Positions 30,107-40,345 of a stretch of DNA of 64,000 bases are shown here, one piece after another. The DNA comes from Thermoanaerobaculia bacterium (GTDB lineage Bacteria; Acidobacteriota; Thermoanaerobaculia; UBA5066). The position numbers and the translations under genes were made by a program. Location of the stretch: the NCBI GenBank assembly GCA_963816185.1, contig CAWFJJ010000001.1, positions 128,001-192,000 of the forward strand. Reading direction: 5' to 3'. Each line of letters begins with the position of its first letter. Position 1 is the stretch's first letter. A model generated the notes under the pieces. That model worked only from the letters and a program-made list of their open reading frames with translations, was not told the DNA's origin and did not search any database.

Positions 30107-30820
30107 GTGTTTCGCGGGTTGCTCGTCCCGCTCGTTTTCGCGGGCGTCACCCTCGTGCCGGCCGCGGGGAACGGCGTGCCCGCGGCGCGGCCGGCTGCAG
30201 CGACAACGCCCGCGCCGACGCCTTCCGGACCGCCCGTGCTCGTGGACCGTATCGCGGCCGTCGTAGGCGACGAGATCGTTCTCGAGAGCGAAGTCCAGAA
30301 GCTCGTGGCCGTGCGGTTTCTCGAGCGCAAGGCCGGCGAGACCGACGCCGCGTATCGCGACCGCGTCCTCGACGAGCGCATCGTCGACCTCCTGCGCGAG
30401 CGTCAGCTCCGAAGGATGAGCGGGTTCGAGCCGAAGCCCGAGGAGGTCGAGGCCCGCGTCGCCGTGCTCGAGGCGCGTCTCGCGAAAGAGCGCGGCATTC
30501 CGGCCGCCGCGGCGCTCGCGGCCGCCGGCACGACCCGCGAGGAGCTGGCCGCGTGGGTCAGACGCGGGCTCGCGCTCGACAACTTCGTGAAAGAGCGCCT
30601 CGCGCCGGGACTGAAAGTGACGGACGCGGATCTCCGCGCCTACTACCAGTCGACCTTCCGGGAAGCGGCGAAGAGACGAGGTCTTTCGGACGTGCCTCCG
30701 TTCGAGGACGTCCGCGAGGAGATCCGCGAGGTCGTGCGCGAGCTCAAGCTCAATGCCGAGATCGAGCGCTGGACGGCGCAGCTCCGCAACGAGACGCGCG
30801 TTCTCATCTACCGGCGCTGA
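30107..30820 (+). CDS. SurA N-terminal-domain-like periplasmic chaperone
   Basis: Signal peptide, VDRIAAVVGDEIVLESEV, IERWTAQLR. Confidence 0.7.
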   Translation: MFRGLLVPLVFAGVTLVPAAGNGVPAARPAAATTPAPTPSGPPVLVDRIAAVVGDEIVLESEVQKLVAVRFLERKAGETDAAYRDRVLDERIVDLLRERQLRRMSGFEPKPEEVEARVAVLEARLAKERGIPAAAALAAAGTTREELAAWVRRGLALDNFVKERLAPGLKVTDADLRAYYQSTFREAAKRRGLSDVPPFEDVREEIREVVRELKLNAEIERWTAQLRNETRVLIYRR

Positions 30821-33162
30821 TCTCTCTCGGACATCCGGTAGAGGATGCGGTTCGCGAGCACGCGGCGCAGATACGTGCGCGTCTCCGGATAGCTGATCGA
30901 GGCGAGGAGGGCCTCGGCCGGAGCCTTCGCGCCTCCGGCCCACAGCGCGGTCTGGCCGGCGCCGGCGTTGTAGCCCGAGGCCGCGAGGGCCGCGTCGCCG
31001 TCGAAGCGGGCGAGGAGGTTCTTCAGCGTGCGCGCGCCGAGCCGCAGCGACCGCGCAGGATCGTAGAGGTCGGCGTAGGCGGGAGGACTCTCGTTCAGCT
31101 CGCGCGCGGCCTCTCCCGCAGTCGGAAGCGTGAGCTGCATGAGGCCGCGGGCCGCGGCGGGAGAGGCGGCCTCGCGATCGAAACGGCTCTCCTGCCGCAT
31201 GATCGCGTAAAGCAGGTCGCGCGGCACGCCGCTCTGGTCCGCGGACTCGGCGACGAGCCGGTCGAACGGGCGCGGCGCCAGAGAGCGCAGCACGGAGCGC
31301 GGCGCGAGGTCGAGGAGGAAGTCGTCGGGCACGAGGCGATCGAGCGCCTCGGCCGCCTCGAGAGCCGCGGGTCCGGCGTCCGCGTCCTCGGCGAGACGCG
31401 CGGCCACGAGGCTGCCGAGGAGCGTGTCGAGGCGCGAGGCGTCGCGCACGATCGGCTCGGCCTCGAGAGGCAGGCCGAGCTGCAGGAGGCGGCACGCCGC
31501 CGCGTCCCCGCAGAGCGTCGGAAGCGAGTCCTCCGGCAGCTCGGGAGCGAGCAGGACCTCGGCGTAGCCGGGAAGCGAGCGATAGGCGAGCTTCAGAAGG
31601 TCGCGCGCGAGAGCGTCGCCCAGAAGGGCGGGCGGCAGGAGGCGTTCTTTGGCCTCCCGCGCCCTGCCTGACGTGAGGAGGGCCTCGCCTTCGAGGCGCT
31701 CGCGGCGGAGAAATGCATCGCGTGCGACGGCCGGGAGGGCGGACATCCGCTGCGCCGCGATCTCGCCTGCGGCCGTCCAGGGGCGCGCGGCGAGAAGCGC
31801 GGCGTAACCGGCGAGGGCGCCCGCGAGGTCTTTCGAGGCCTCCGCGGCGCGGCCGCGCCAGAACGGGAGCTCGCTCTTCCAGGGCTCCGGCAGCCGCCGC
31901 ACGCGCGCGAGGCGCTCGATCGGAACGAGGACCCGCCGCGCTCCCGCGCCGTCGCCCGCCTCGGCCCGGCATTCGAGAAGGTGGAGGAGGCCTTCGACGC
32001 GTCCGGGCTGTCTCACGAGGTTCTTGCGCATCAGGATCGTCTCGGCCCCGGCGAGGTCCCCTCGCCGCATGAGGAGGCGCGCCCGCTGGAGCGCGGCGAG
32101 GACGGCCGGGCCCGCGCGAGAGGTCTCCACGCGCCGGAGCTCCGCGGCCGCCGCGTCGAGCTGCCCGAGCTTCTCGAGCGTGGTGCCGACGTTGAAGCGC
32201 ACGCGGGCGAAGAAGGCGTCGGTGCCGGGGGAGTCGTCTTTCTTTCCGCGGGCGGGTCTCGGGTGTCGTGGCCGCGTCTCGAGGATGCTTCGGAACGCCG
32301 TCAAGGCCTCCGCGAACCGGCCGCGCGAGGCGAGGATCCGACCGAGGTCGAAACGGGCGCCCCAGCGCGCGACGTCGTCACCCGCGCGGGAAGCGCGTGC
32401 GTCGCGTTCCGCCGAAAGGCGCTCGGCGAGATCGAGATCCCGCTGCGCTTTCGCGGTCTCGATCAGGAGCGGAAGCAGGCGGTCTGAAAGACTGTGCGCG
32501 TCGCGGCCTCGCATCTCTCGCGCGAGCACGATCGCGGCCGCGTCGTCACGCCGCGCTTCGCGGAGGATCTCCTCGCGAAGCGAAGCCGCGCCCGAGGTGT
32601 CTCCGGACTCGTCGAGCGCCTCGGCGCGCAGGGCGAGGAGGCGACGCCTCTCGCGCGGGGCCGCCGGCGGCCTCGCGGCTACGAGGCGCGCCAGAGTCGC
32701 CGCGTCGAGGCGCGTCTCGAGCGCGTCGAGCGTGATGCGGAGCGCGCGCCGCGAGACGGCGCCTCCCTTTCTCTGCATCAGGGGAAGCAGCAGCTCGAGC
32801 GCTCCCGCGCCGTCGCCGCCCTCGAACCGGAGCGTGCCGGCGGCGAGGCGGGACGGCACGTCGAGAAGGTCGTCCGGCGAGACGTGGCGCTCGAAGAGCG
32901 CGATCGCTTCGTCGCGGCGCCCCGTCGCCGCGAGCGCGCGCGCGGCGAGGTAATCGAAGCGGCCGTCGGCGTACCGTACGGCGGACTCCCGCTTCAGAGC
33001 TTCGAGCTGCTCCAGGACGTCCGGCCACTTTCCGGCGCGCGCGGCGGCCGCGAGGTCGTGCTCACGCGAGGCGCTCGCGCCGAGAGCCGTTCCGCGGGCG
33101 GCGAGGAGGACGAGGAGGGTGGAGGCGGCGGTGCGGTGGAACGTTTTCAGCCCGGCGGCCAC
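30808..33162 (-). CDS. Soluble lytic transglycosylase with TPR-like N-terminus
   Basis: IMRQESRF, ARGLMQL, GYNAG, ETRTY. Confidence 0.88.
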   Translation of the reverse strand: MAAGLKTFHRTAASTLLVLLAARGTALGASASREHDLAAAARAGKWPDVLEQLEALKRESAVRYADGRFDYLAARALAATGRRDEAIALFERHVSPDDLLDVPSRLAAGTLRFEGGDGAGALELLLPLMQRKGGAVSRRALRITLDALETRLDAATLARLVAARPPAAPRERRRLLALRAEALDESGDTSGAASLREEILREARRDDAAAIVLAREMRGRDAHSLSDRLLPLLIETAKAQRDLDLAERLSAERDARASRAGDDVARWGARFDLGRILASRGRFAEALTAFRSILETRPRHPRPARGKKDDSPGTDAFFARVRFNVGTTLEKLGQLDAAAAELRRVETSRAGPAVLAALQRARLLMRRGDLAGAETILMRKNLVRQPGRVEGLLHLLECRAEAGDGAGARRVLVPIERLARVRRLPEPWKSELPFWRGRAAEASKDLAGALAGYAALLAARPWTAAGEIAAQRMSALPAVARDAFLRRERLEGEALLTSGRAREAKERLLPPALLGDALARDLLKLAYRSLPGYAEVLLAPELPEDSLPTLCGDAAACRLLQLGLPLEAEPIVRDASRLDTLLGSLVAARLAEDADAGPAALEAAEALDRLVPDDFLLDLAPRSVLRSLAPRPFDRLVAESADQSGVPRDLLYAIMRQESRFDREAASPAAARGLMQLTLPTAGEAARELNESPPAYADLYDPARSLRLGARTLKNLLARFDGDAALAASGYNAGAGQTALWAGGAKAPAEALLASISYPETRTYLRRVLANRILYRMSERDQRR

Positions 33163-33500
33163 GCGAAGGCCCGTCCGCCGAGGAGATGGAGGTGAAGGTG
33201 AAAGACGCTCTGGCCCGCTTCGGCGCCGTCGTTGATGACGACGCGGTAGCTGTCGAGGGAGAGCGTGCGCGCGATCTGGGTGAGCGCGACGAGACAGGGG
33301 CCGAGAAGCGCGGCGTGATCACCCGAGGCGTCGGAAAGGCGCGCGACGTGCGTCTTCGGAATCACGAGCACGTGCGTGGGCGCCTTCGGGTCGACGTCGT
33401 GAAATGCGAGCACGCGCTCGTCCTCGAAAGCGATCTTCGCGGGAATCTCCTTTCGAACGATCCGGCAGAAGAGGCACGAAGGGTCGGGCGAAGGGCTCAT
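33147..33500 (-). CDS. hinT: HIT-family nucleotide hydrolase
   Basis: CLFCRI, GQSVFHLHLHLLGGR, WPPG. Confidence 0.92.
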   Translation of the reverse strand: MSPSPDPSCLFCRIVRKEIPAKIAFEDERVLAFHDVDPKAPTHVLVIPKTHVARLSDASGDHAALLGPCLVALTQIARTLSLDSYRVVINDGAEAGQSVFHLHLHLLGGRAFAWPPG

Positions 33501-33508
33501 CGGGCGGA

Positions 33509-34795
33509 TTATCCGTCGATCCGCTCGACGGAGGCTCCGAGACTTCGCAAGCGCTGATCCATCGCCGCATAGCCCCGGTCGAGATGGTAGATGCGGCGCA
33601 CGCGCGTCTCGCCCCGGGCGACGAGGCCCGCCAGGACGAGAGCCGCGGACGCGCGGAGATCCGAGGCGGTCACGGGTGCGCCCTCGAGCTTCGAAGGCCC
33701 GTGCACGAGAGCCGTGCGCCCTTCGACGCGCACGTCGGCGCCGAGGCGCGCGAGCTCCACGGCGTGCAGGAAGCGGTTCTCGAAGATCGTCTCGACGAGT
33801 CGGGACGTTCCCGTGGCCTGCGTCATGAGGGCGAGAAATTGCGCCTGCAGGTCGGTCGGAAAGCCGGGGTGCGGCGCAGTCTCGATGTCCACGCCCTCGA
33901 GCGGCCGCGAGGCGAAGACCCGGACGCCGTCTTTCGTCGTCTCGACGCCGGCCCCGGCGCGGCGGAGGGCGTCGAGAAACGCCTCGAGATCGCGCGCCCG
34001 CGCGCCGGAAACGGTCACGTCGCCCCCGGTGATCGCGCCGGCGGCGAGGTACGTTCCCGCTTCGATGCGATCCGGCAGGATCGTGTGAGGGGAAGAGCCC
34101 GTGCCCGAGAGCTTCTCGACGCCCTGGACCGTGATCGTGGGAGTCCCCGCGCCCGTCACGCGCGCCCCCATGCGATTGAGGAGGAGCGCCACGTCCTCCA
34201 CCTCGGGCTCTCGCGCCGCGTTTTCGATCACCGTCGTCCCGCGCGCGAGGGCCGCGGCGAAGAGCACGTTCTCGGTGCCGGTCACGGTGGGAGTCGGGAA
34301 GCGGATCGCCGTTCCGGTGAGCCGGCCTCTTCCGCGCCCGACGCGCGAGACGTGCGCGTGGATGTAGCCTTTCTCGACGGCGATCCTCGCGCCCAGCGCC
34401 TCGAGCGCGAGGAGGTGCAGGTCCACGGGCCGGAGGCCGATCGCGCACCCTCCGGGCAGCGAGACGCGCGCCTCGCCGAAGCGCGCGACGAGCGGGCCGA
34501 GGACGAGGATGGAGGCCCGCATCGTCCGGACGAGGTCGTAGGGGGCCTCGGTCGAGGAGACGTGCGACGCGTCGACGACCCGGCGCGAGGGCGTGGGCGC
34601 TTCGACCGAAACGCCCATGCCGTCGAGAAGGCGCGTCATCGTGGCGACGTCCGCAAGGTTGGGCACCTCGTCGAGCGTCACGGGAGCGTCCGTGAGAAGC
34701 GCGGCGGCGAGAGCCGGAAGCGCGGCGTTCTTCGCGCCGCTCGCGCGGACGGTGCCCGCGAGGCGTACGGGGCCCTTGAGGAGGAAGGCGTCCAT
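33509..34795 (-). CDS. murA: UDP-N-acetylglucosamine 1-carboxyvinyltransferase
   Basis: GAKNAALP, LPGGCAIG.RP, PGFPTDLQAQ. Confidence 0.97.
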   Translation of the reverse strand: MDAFLLKGPVRLAGTVRASGAKNAALPALAAALLTDAPVTLDEVPNLADVATMTRLLDGMGVSVEAPTPSRRVVDASHVSSTEAPYDLVRTMRASILVLGPLVARFGEARVSLPGGCAIGLRPVDLHLLALEALGARIAVEKGYIHAHVSRVGRGRGRLTGTAIRFPTPTVTGTENVLFAAALARGTTVIENAAREPEVEDVALLLNRMGARVTGAGTPTITVQGVEKLSGTGSSPHTILPDRIEAGTYLAAGAITGGDVTVSGARARDLEAFLDALRRAGAGVETTKDGVRVFASRPLEGVDIETAPHPGFPTDLQAQFLALMTQATGTSRLVETIFENRFLHAVELARLGADVRVEGRTALVHGPSKLEGAPVTASDLRASAALVLAGLVARGETRVRRIYHLDRGYAAMDQRLRSLGASVERIDG

Positions 34796-34825
34796 CTGAG
34801 AAGGAGTCTACGGGCTCGCGCGCCC

Positions 34826-35689
34826 TCAGAGCCGCCGCGCGGTCGCCGTGCGCGGGATTCCGGCCGTGTCGAGGCGGATGTCGACGAGCCGGAACGTGCC
34901 CGACGCCTCCACGAGCGCCGAGACGTCGCGGGCCTGCGCATACCCGAACTCGAACACGAAGGGCGCGCCGGGACGGAGGAAGACGGCCAGCGCCGCGAGG
35001 AGCGCACGCATCGGCTCGAGCCCGTCGTCCCCGCCGTAAAGCGCGAGGGGCGGCTCGAAGTCGGAGACCGTCTTCGAGAGATGCGGGGCGTCGGCTACGG
35101 GAACGTAGGGCGGGTTCGCGACGGCGAGGTCGAAGAGCGGCCGGGGGGCGAACGCCGAAAGCCAGTCGGAGGCGACGATCATCACCCGCTCGCACACGCC
35201 GTGGCGGCGCGCGTTGGCGGCGGCGAGCGCGAGAGCGGCCGGCGAGCGGTCGATCGCGAGAACGCGCGCCTCCGGGCGCTCGAGCGCGAGCGTGACCGCC
35301 AGGATACCGCTGCCCGTGCCGAGGTCGGCGAGTGCGCGGGCGCCGGGCGCGGCGGAGCGCGCCGCTTCGATGATGCCCTCCGTCTCGAGGCGGGGGATCA
35401 GCGCGCGCGAGTCGACTCGGAACGTGCGGCCGAGGAATTCCCATTCGCCGAGAAGGTATTGCAGCGGCTCGCCGGCAGCGCGGCGCGCGACGAGCGTCTC
35501 GAACGCCGTTCGGCTCGTGGCATCCGCCGACTCGGATCGCCGGCCCAGAAACCAGGCGCGGGGGCGCGCGGCGGCCCGGGCGAGAAGCTCTTCCGCCTCG
35601 TACGGCGCGTTTTCTTCGCCGGAGAGGCGGCGCCGCCCCTCGGCAAGGAGAGCGCCCCAGGTCGGTTCGGGCTCCGTGGAGAAGCTCAT
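34826..35689 (-). CDS. prmC: Release factor glutamine methyltransferase
   Basis: GEPLQY, LIPR.ETE, DLGTGSG, NPPY. Confidence 0.95.
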   Translation of the reverse strand: MSFSTEPEPTWGALLAEGRRRLSGEENAPYEAEELLARAAARPRAWFLGRRSESADATSRTAFETLVARRAAGEPLQYLLGEWEFLGRTFRVDSRALIPRLETEGIIEAARSAAPGARALADLGTGSGILAVTLALERPEARVLAIDRSPAALALAAANARRHGVCERVMIVASDWLSAFAPRPLFDLAVANPPYVPVADAPHLSKTVSDFEPPLALYGGDDGLEPMRALLAALAVFLRPGAPFVFEFGYAQARDVSALVEASGTFRLVDIRLDTAGIPRTATARRL

Positions 35690-35716
35690 TCGGGTCTCGT
35701 GTTTAAGATAGGAACG

Positions 35717-37262
35717 ATGTCCGGCTCCCGGATTCTCGTCCTTTTCGCCCTCCTGCTCCTCGGCGCTGGGCGTCCTGCTCGGACTGCCCTCGTCCCTCGC
35801 GCCGGCCGCAGTCGTGATCGCCGTGGCGGCCGTTCTCGTTTTTCTCGCGGCGAGCCGGTCCCCCTCGTCCGCGGGTTCCCGCGCGGAGCCGGTGACGTCC
35901 GTGCGCGCGGTCTTCGGGCCGGCCGTGGACGCGATCGAGGCCGTCGCCGTCTACACGCTGGATCGGGCCGGCCGGATCGGCTACGCGAACAGAGGCGCGC
36001 GCCGCGCCCTCGGGATCGAGGAACGCGACGTGGAAGGGCACGCCTCTTCGGAGCTGCCCGCCCTCGGCGCCGAGGCGCCCGAGATGATCGAGGGTCTGAA
36101 CGAGGTCTTCGAGACCGGCCAGGCTCGAGCCGCTCGGCGGATCCTGCTGCCCGGGGACGGCGCGACGAAGGTCGAGTCGATCGTCTCGATGACGCCTGTC
36201 TTGCGGTACGGCAAGGTCGTCGAGGCCGCCATCTGGCGCGTCGACACGCGCGGTCCGGCAGGCGAGGACGAGCACCTCGCGCGCCTGCTCGATTCGTCGC
36301 CCGCGGGCCTCCTCGGCGTGGACGCCGTGGGCCGCATCGAGGCGGTGAGCCGCCGGCTCGCGGAGTGGGTGGGGCGCCGCGCGGACGCTCTCGAGGGCCT
36401 CGACGTGGAGCGCTCGGAAGTCCTGCCCGAAGAGCTACGGGCGCTCATCCGCGCGCACGCCGTGAACCGGGCCCCGCAGGGCACGCCGACCACCCCGGTC
36501 GAGGAGGACGTCTCTCTCGTCACGCCCGAAGGCGTTTCCCGGATGCTGCACGTCGTCGTGACGCCGCGCCCGGGCGGCGGAGCAGACGCCGTCTTTCTCG
36601 ACGGGAGCTCGCGGCGCCGGCTCCTTGCCGAGCTGGACGCGGCCCGTCGGGCGCTCGCCGAGGCGCGCGAAGCCGCGGTGGACGTCCTGCAGTCCACGAC
36701 GCGCGATCTCAAGACGCGCGTTCAGGAGATCGTGGCGGCGGCACGCCGCGCGGCGGACGAGACTTCCGGTCCGATCCAGCGCGCGCGCGCCGAGGCCGAG
36801 CTGAAGGCGACGAGCGACGAGCTTCTCGCGAGCGTCGACGAGAGCGGACCCCGGGACGCCCGCCGGCCGATCGGTGGCGCAGACGGCCGTCCGCGCGTCC
36901 TGCTCGTGGAGGACAACGAGGAAAATCGCGAGCTTCTCGCCCACATGCTGAGGTCGCGCGGCGCCGAGGTGCTCACGGCGGGCAGCGGTCGCGAGGCCGT
37001 GGACGCGGCCGCGGGCTTCCGCTTCGATTTCGTCCTCCTGGACCTGCACATGCCCGAGATGGACGGCTTCCAGGTGCTGAGGCGGCTGCGCGGCCTGCCG
37101 GACGGAGAGCGGTTGCCGGTCATCGCGCTCACCGCGCTCACGTCCGACCTCATCAAGGAGCGATGCGAAGCGGAGGGAATGAACGACTTCGTGTCCAAGC
37201 CCGTGACGCTCGCGCGCGTCGGGGAGCTCGTGGCGAAATGGGGGCGTACGGGTCGGACCTGA
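35717..37262 (+). CDS. Membrane-anchored PAS-PAS-(degenerate DHp)-receiver protein; frameshift near 35770
   Basis: Two N-terminal TMs, PAS-like segments, C-terminal REC (VEDN, LLDLHMPEMDG, ALTA, SKP). Confidence 0.75.
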
Positions 37263-37682
37263 CTACCAGCGCATCCGGTAGAGCATCGCGTAGACGACGA
37301 CGCCGGTCAGGGAGACGTAGAGCCAGATCGGCAGCGTGAACCGGGCGAGCCTGCGATGCCGTTCGAACCGCCCGCGCCGGGCGAGGACGAACGTCGCGAT
37401 CGCGAGCGGCGCGACAACGGCCGCGAGAACCGTGTGCGTGAAGAGAATGCCGAGATAGAGCGTCCGCGCGCGGCCCGTGCCGGGGAATCGCACGCTTCCG
37501 ACCTGCGCGTGATAGGCGAGGTACGAGACGAGGAAGAGCGTCGAGCACAGGAAGGCCGCCGTCATCGTGCGGCGGTGCGCGGCGATCTGCCGCTTCCGGA
37601 TGAACGTCCAGCCGACGACGAGGAGGACGGCGCTCGTCGCGTTGAGGCAGGCGTTCAGCGTCGGCAGGTCGCGGACCGTCAT
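37263..37682 (-). CDS. DUF420 (CtaM/YozB-like) membrane protein
   Basis: LPTLNACLN, FLVSYL.YH, HRRLAR..PIWLYVS.TG. Confidence 0.88.
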   Translation of the reverse strand: MTVRDLPTLNACLNATSAVLLVVGWTFIRKRQIAAHRRTMTAAFLCSTLFLVSYLAYHAQVGSVRFPGTGRARTLYLGILFTHTVLAAVVAPLAIATFVLARRGRFERHRRLARFTLPIWLYVSLTGVVVYAMLYRMRW

Positions 37683-38460
37683 CGGGCCCGAGGCTCTCGC
37701 GCGGCGGCGAGGCGGGCGGCGGGGCCCGCGGGAAAGCGCGCGACGACGGCCACGGCGGCCGCGAACATGAGGACGGCGAACGCCGCCGTCACGGCCCACG
37801 AGAGCGACGGAGACATCCACGCCGGCGCGGAGCCGCCGAGGGCCCGGCGCAGAGCCGCCACGCCGTAGGTGAGGGGGTTCACGGCCATCGCCGCGTGCAG
37901 CCACGATGGGGCGCCGTCGACCGGGAAGAAAGCCCCCGAGAGGAGCCACATCGGAATCAGGAAGAGATTCATGATCGCGTGGAAGCCCTGTGTCGATTCG
38001 AGCGACCACGCGATCGCGAATCCGAGGGACGTGAGCGCGAAGGAGAGGACCGCGAGCAGCGCGGCGGCGCCCAGAAGGCCCGGTCCGTCGACCTTGAGGC
38101 CGGTCAAAGGCACGAGGAGGAGCAGGGGAAGGCCCTGCATCAGCCCGAGCGCCGCCCCCCCGAGGATCTTTCCGAGCGCGATCGAGGCGGGAGCAACCGG
38201 CGAGACGAGGACTCCCTGCAGGAAGCCCTCGCGCCGGTCCTCGATGACGGAGATCGTCGCGAAGATCGCGGCGAAGAGGACGACGAGGACGACCGTGCCC
38301 GGGAAGAAATAGCCGAACGAGTCCTCGCGGAACGACCGCGGAAGCCCGAGCCCACGAGGATCCACATGACGAGGGGGGGAGCGACCGCTCCGACGATGCG
38401 GCTCTTCTGCCGGAAGAAGCGGACGATCTCCCGGCGCGCGAGGGCGAGGGAGGAGCTCAC
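37679..38460 (-). CDS. ABC-2 type transporter permease; frameshift near 38345
   Basis: REIVRFFRQ.SR, IEDRREGFLQGVLVSP, LSGAFFP, NPLTY. Confidence 0.85.
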
Positions 38461-38467
38461 GGGAACC

Positions 38468-39439
38468 TCATGTTGCGTCTTGCCCGCTCTCCGGCGTGTC
38501 CGCCTCGCGGAAGCGTCGGCCCGTCTTCGCGATGAACACGTCCTCGAGCGAGGGCGCGCCGAGCGTGACGGATTTGAAGGCGCCCGGGAACGCCTCGACG
38601 AGACGGGGCACGAACGTGTGCGCCGCCTTCCGCTCCACCCGGACGGTGGGTCCGACGACGGTGATCCGGCCCGCCTCGGCGCCGAAGCGGCTCTCGATCC
38701 CGGCCGCGAGAGCCGGCGCACCGGTGTCGTCCTTCGCCTCCACCGTCACGACGTCGCCGCCGAGCGTGGCTTTCAGCGCGGCGGGCGTGTCGAGCGCGAG
38801 CAGGCGTCCCCGGTCGAGGAGGCCGATGCGGTGCGCCGCCTCGGCCTCTTCGAAGAGATGCGTCGTCAGGAGGATCGCCGTGCCCGCGCGGGCGAGAACG
38901 GCGAGCGCGTCGATGAGATCGCGCCGGGCGCCGGGGTCGAGACCGGTCGACGGCTCGTCGAGGAGAAGCACGGGCGGAGCGTGAAGAAGCGCTTTGGCGA
39001 TCTCCACGCGTCGCGCGAGGCCCCCGGACAAGGTCTCGACGAGATCGCGCGCACGGTCCTCGAGACGGAACATCTCGAGGAGCTCGCGGATGCGCGCGGC
39101 GCGCGCGCCCGACGGAAGGCCGTACAGGTCGCCCTGGAGCGCGAGGTTCTCCCCGACGGTCAGCTTCTTGTCGAGGCTCGCCGCCTGGAACACGACGCCG
39201 AGCCGCCGGCGCACGGCGCGGCGCGCGGCCGTCGGATCGAGCCCGTCGATGGAGAAGCTCCCCGCGCCCGGAGGCAACAGGGTCGCGAGAATCCGGAAGA
39301 GCGTCGTCTTGCCGCCGCCGTTCGGGCCGAGAAGCGCGAAGATCTCGCCCCGCGGCACCGAAAACGTGACGTCCGTCAGCGCGGCGCGCGCGCCGAAGGC
39401 GCGGGAGAGAGAACGGGCTTCGACGGCGGGTGGCGTCAC
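38468..39439 (-). CDS. ABC transporter ATP-binding protein
   Basis: GPNGGGKT, LSGG, LLDEPSTGLD. Confidence 0.92.
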   Translation of the reverse strand: MTPPAVEARSLSRAFGARAALTDVTFSVPRGEIFALLGPNGGGKTTLFRILATLLPPGAGSFSIDGLDPTAARRAVRRRLGVVFQAASLDKKLTVGENLALQGDLYGLPSGARAARIRELLEMFRLEDRARDLVETLSGGLARRVEIAKALLHAPPVLLLDEPSTGLDPGARRDLIDALAVLARAGTAILLTTHLFEEAEAAHRIGLLDRGRLLALDTPAALKATLGGDVVTVEAKDDTGAPALAAGIESRFGAEAGRITVVGPTVRVERKAAHTFVPRLVEAFPGAFKSVTLGAPSLEDVFIAKTGRRFREADTPESGQDAT

Positions 39440-39463
39440 GTTCGCGGTGAGGATTCTCTCGCG

Positions 39464-40345
39464 TCAGACGCGGTCGAGGACGAGAAGGATGAGAATCGCC
39501 GGAAGCCAGCCGATCGACGCAAGAAAGAGCGAGCGGGCACGTCCGTCCGTCGTCTCGCGTGCGAAGGCGAGCGATGCCCGGAGGAAGACGAGCGTCAGGA
39601 CGAACGCCCCGAGCGCGTACGCGAAACCGGCCGTTCCCACGAGGGAAGGCAGGAGGCTGATGGGCAGAAGCACGGCCGTCCAGAGAAGCGTCTGCCGGGC
39701 CGTCCGCCGCCCGGAGGGGTCGATGACGGGGAGGATTCTCACTCCCGCGCGGGCGTAGTCGGCTCGGTGGCGCCACCCGATCGCGAAGAAATGCGGAAGC
39801 TGCCAGACGAAGAGGATCGCGAAGAGCGCGAGGCCCGGAAGGCCGATCGCGCCCGCCGCCGCGGTGTACCCGCCCAAGGGCGGGAGCGCGCCGGGCACGG
39901 CCCCGACGACCGTGGAGGCAGGCGAGCGGACCTTCATCGGCGTGTAGAGGCAGACGTACGAGACGAGCGTGAAGGCGGCGAGGGCGGTCGTCAGAACGTT
40001 CGTGAAGAAGAAGAGCTCGGCGAGGCCCACGACCGAGAGCGCGCCCGCGAAGAAGGCGGCGCCGTGGAGACTGATGCGCCCGGACGGCAGGGGGCGGTCC
40101 TGCGTGCGCCTCATCAGGCCGTCGACGCCCACCTCGCGCACCTGGTTGAAGGCGCTCGTGCCGGAGGCGACGAGAGCGGTCCCGAGGAGCGTGTGGAGAA
40201 GGAGCGGCAGGGCGAGGGAGGACAGCGGCCCTCTCACCCCCGCGACGAAACCGACGAACGCCGTCATCACGACGAAGACGGTGATGCGCGGCTTCGTGAG
40301 GGCGACGTAAGACGCGAACGCGGAGGAGTTGCGACTCAGGCTCAT
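39464..40345 (-). CDS. ctaB: Heme O synthase (protoheme IX farnesyltransferase)
   Basis: LTKPR, MRRT..RPLPSG, YTPMK, WQLPHF. Confidence 0.93.
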   Translation of the reverse strand: MSLSRNSSAFASYVALTKPRITVFVVMTAFVGFVAGVRGPLSSLALPLLLHTLLGTALVASGTSAFNQVREVGVDGLMRRTQDRPLPSGRISLHGAAFFAGALSVVGLAELFFFTNVLTTALAAFTLVSYVCLYTPMKVRSPASTVVGAVPGALPPLGGYTAAAGAIGLPGLALFAILFVWQLPHFFAIGWRHRADYARAGVRILPVIDPSGRRTARQTLLWTAVLLPISLLPSLVGTAGFAYALGAFVLTLVFLRASLAFARETTDGRARSLFLASIGWLPAILILLVLDRV

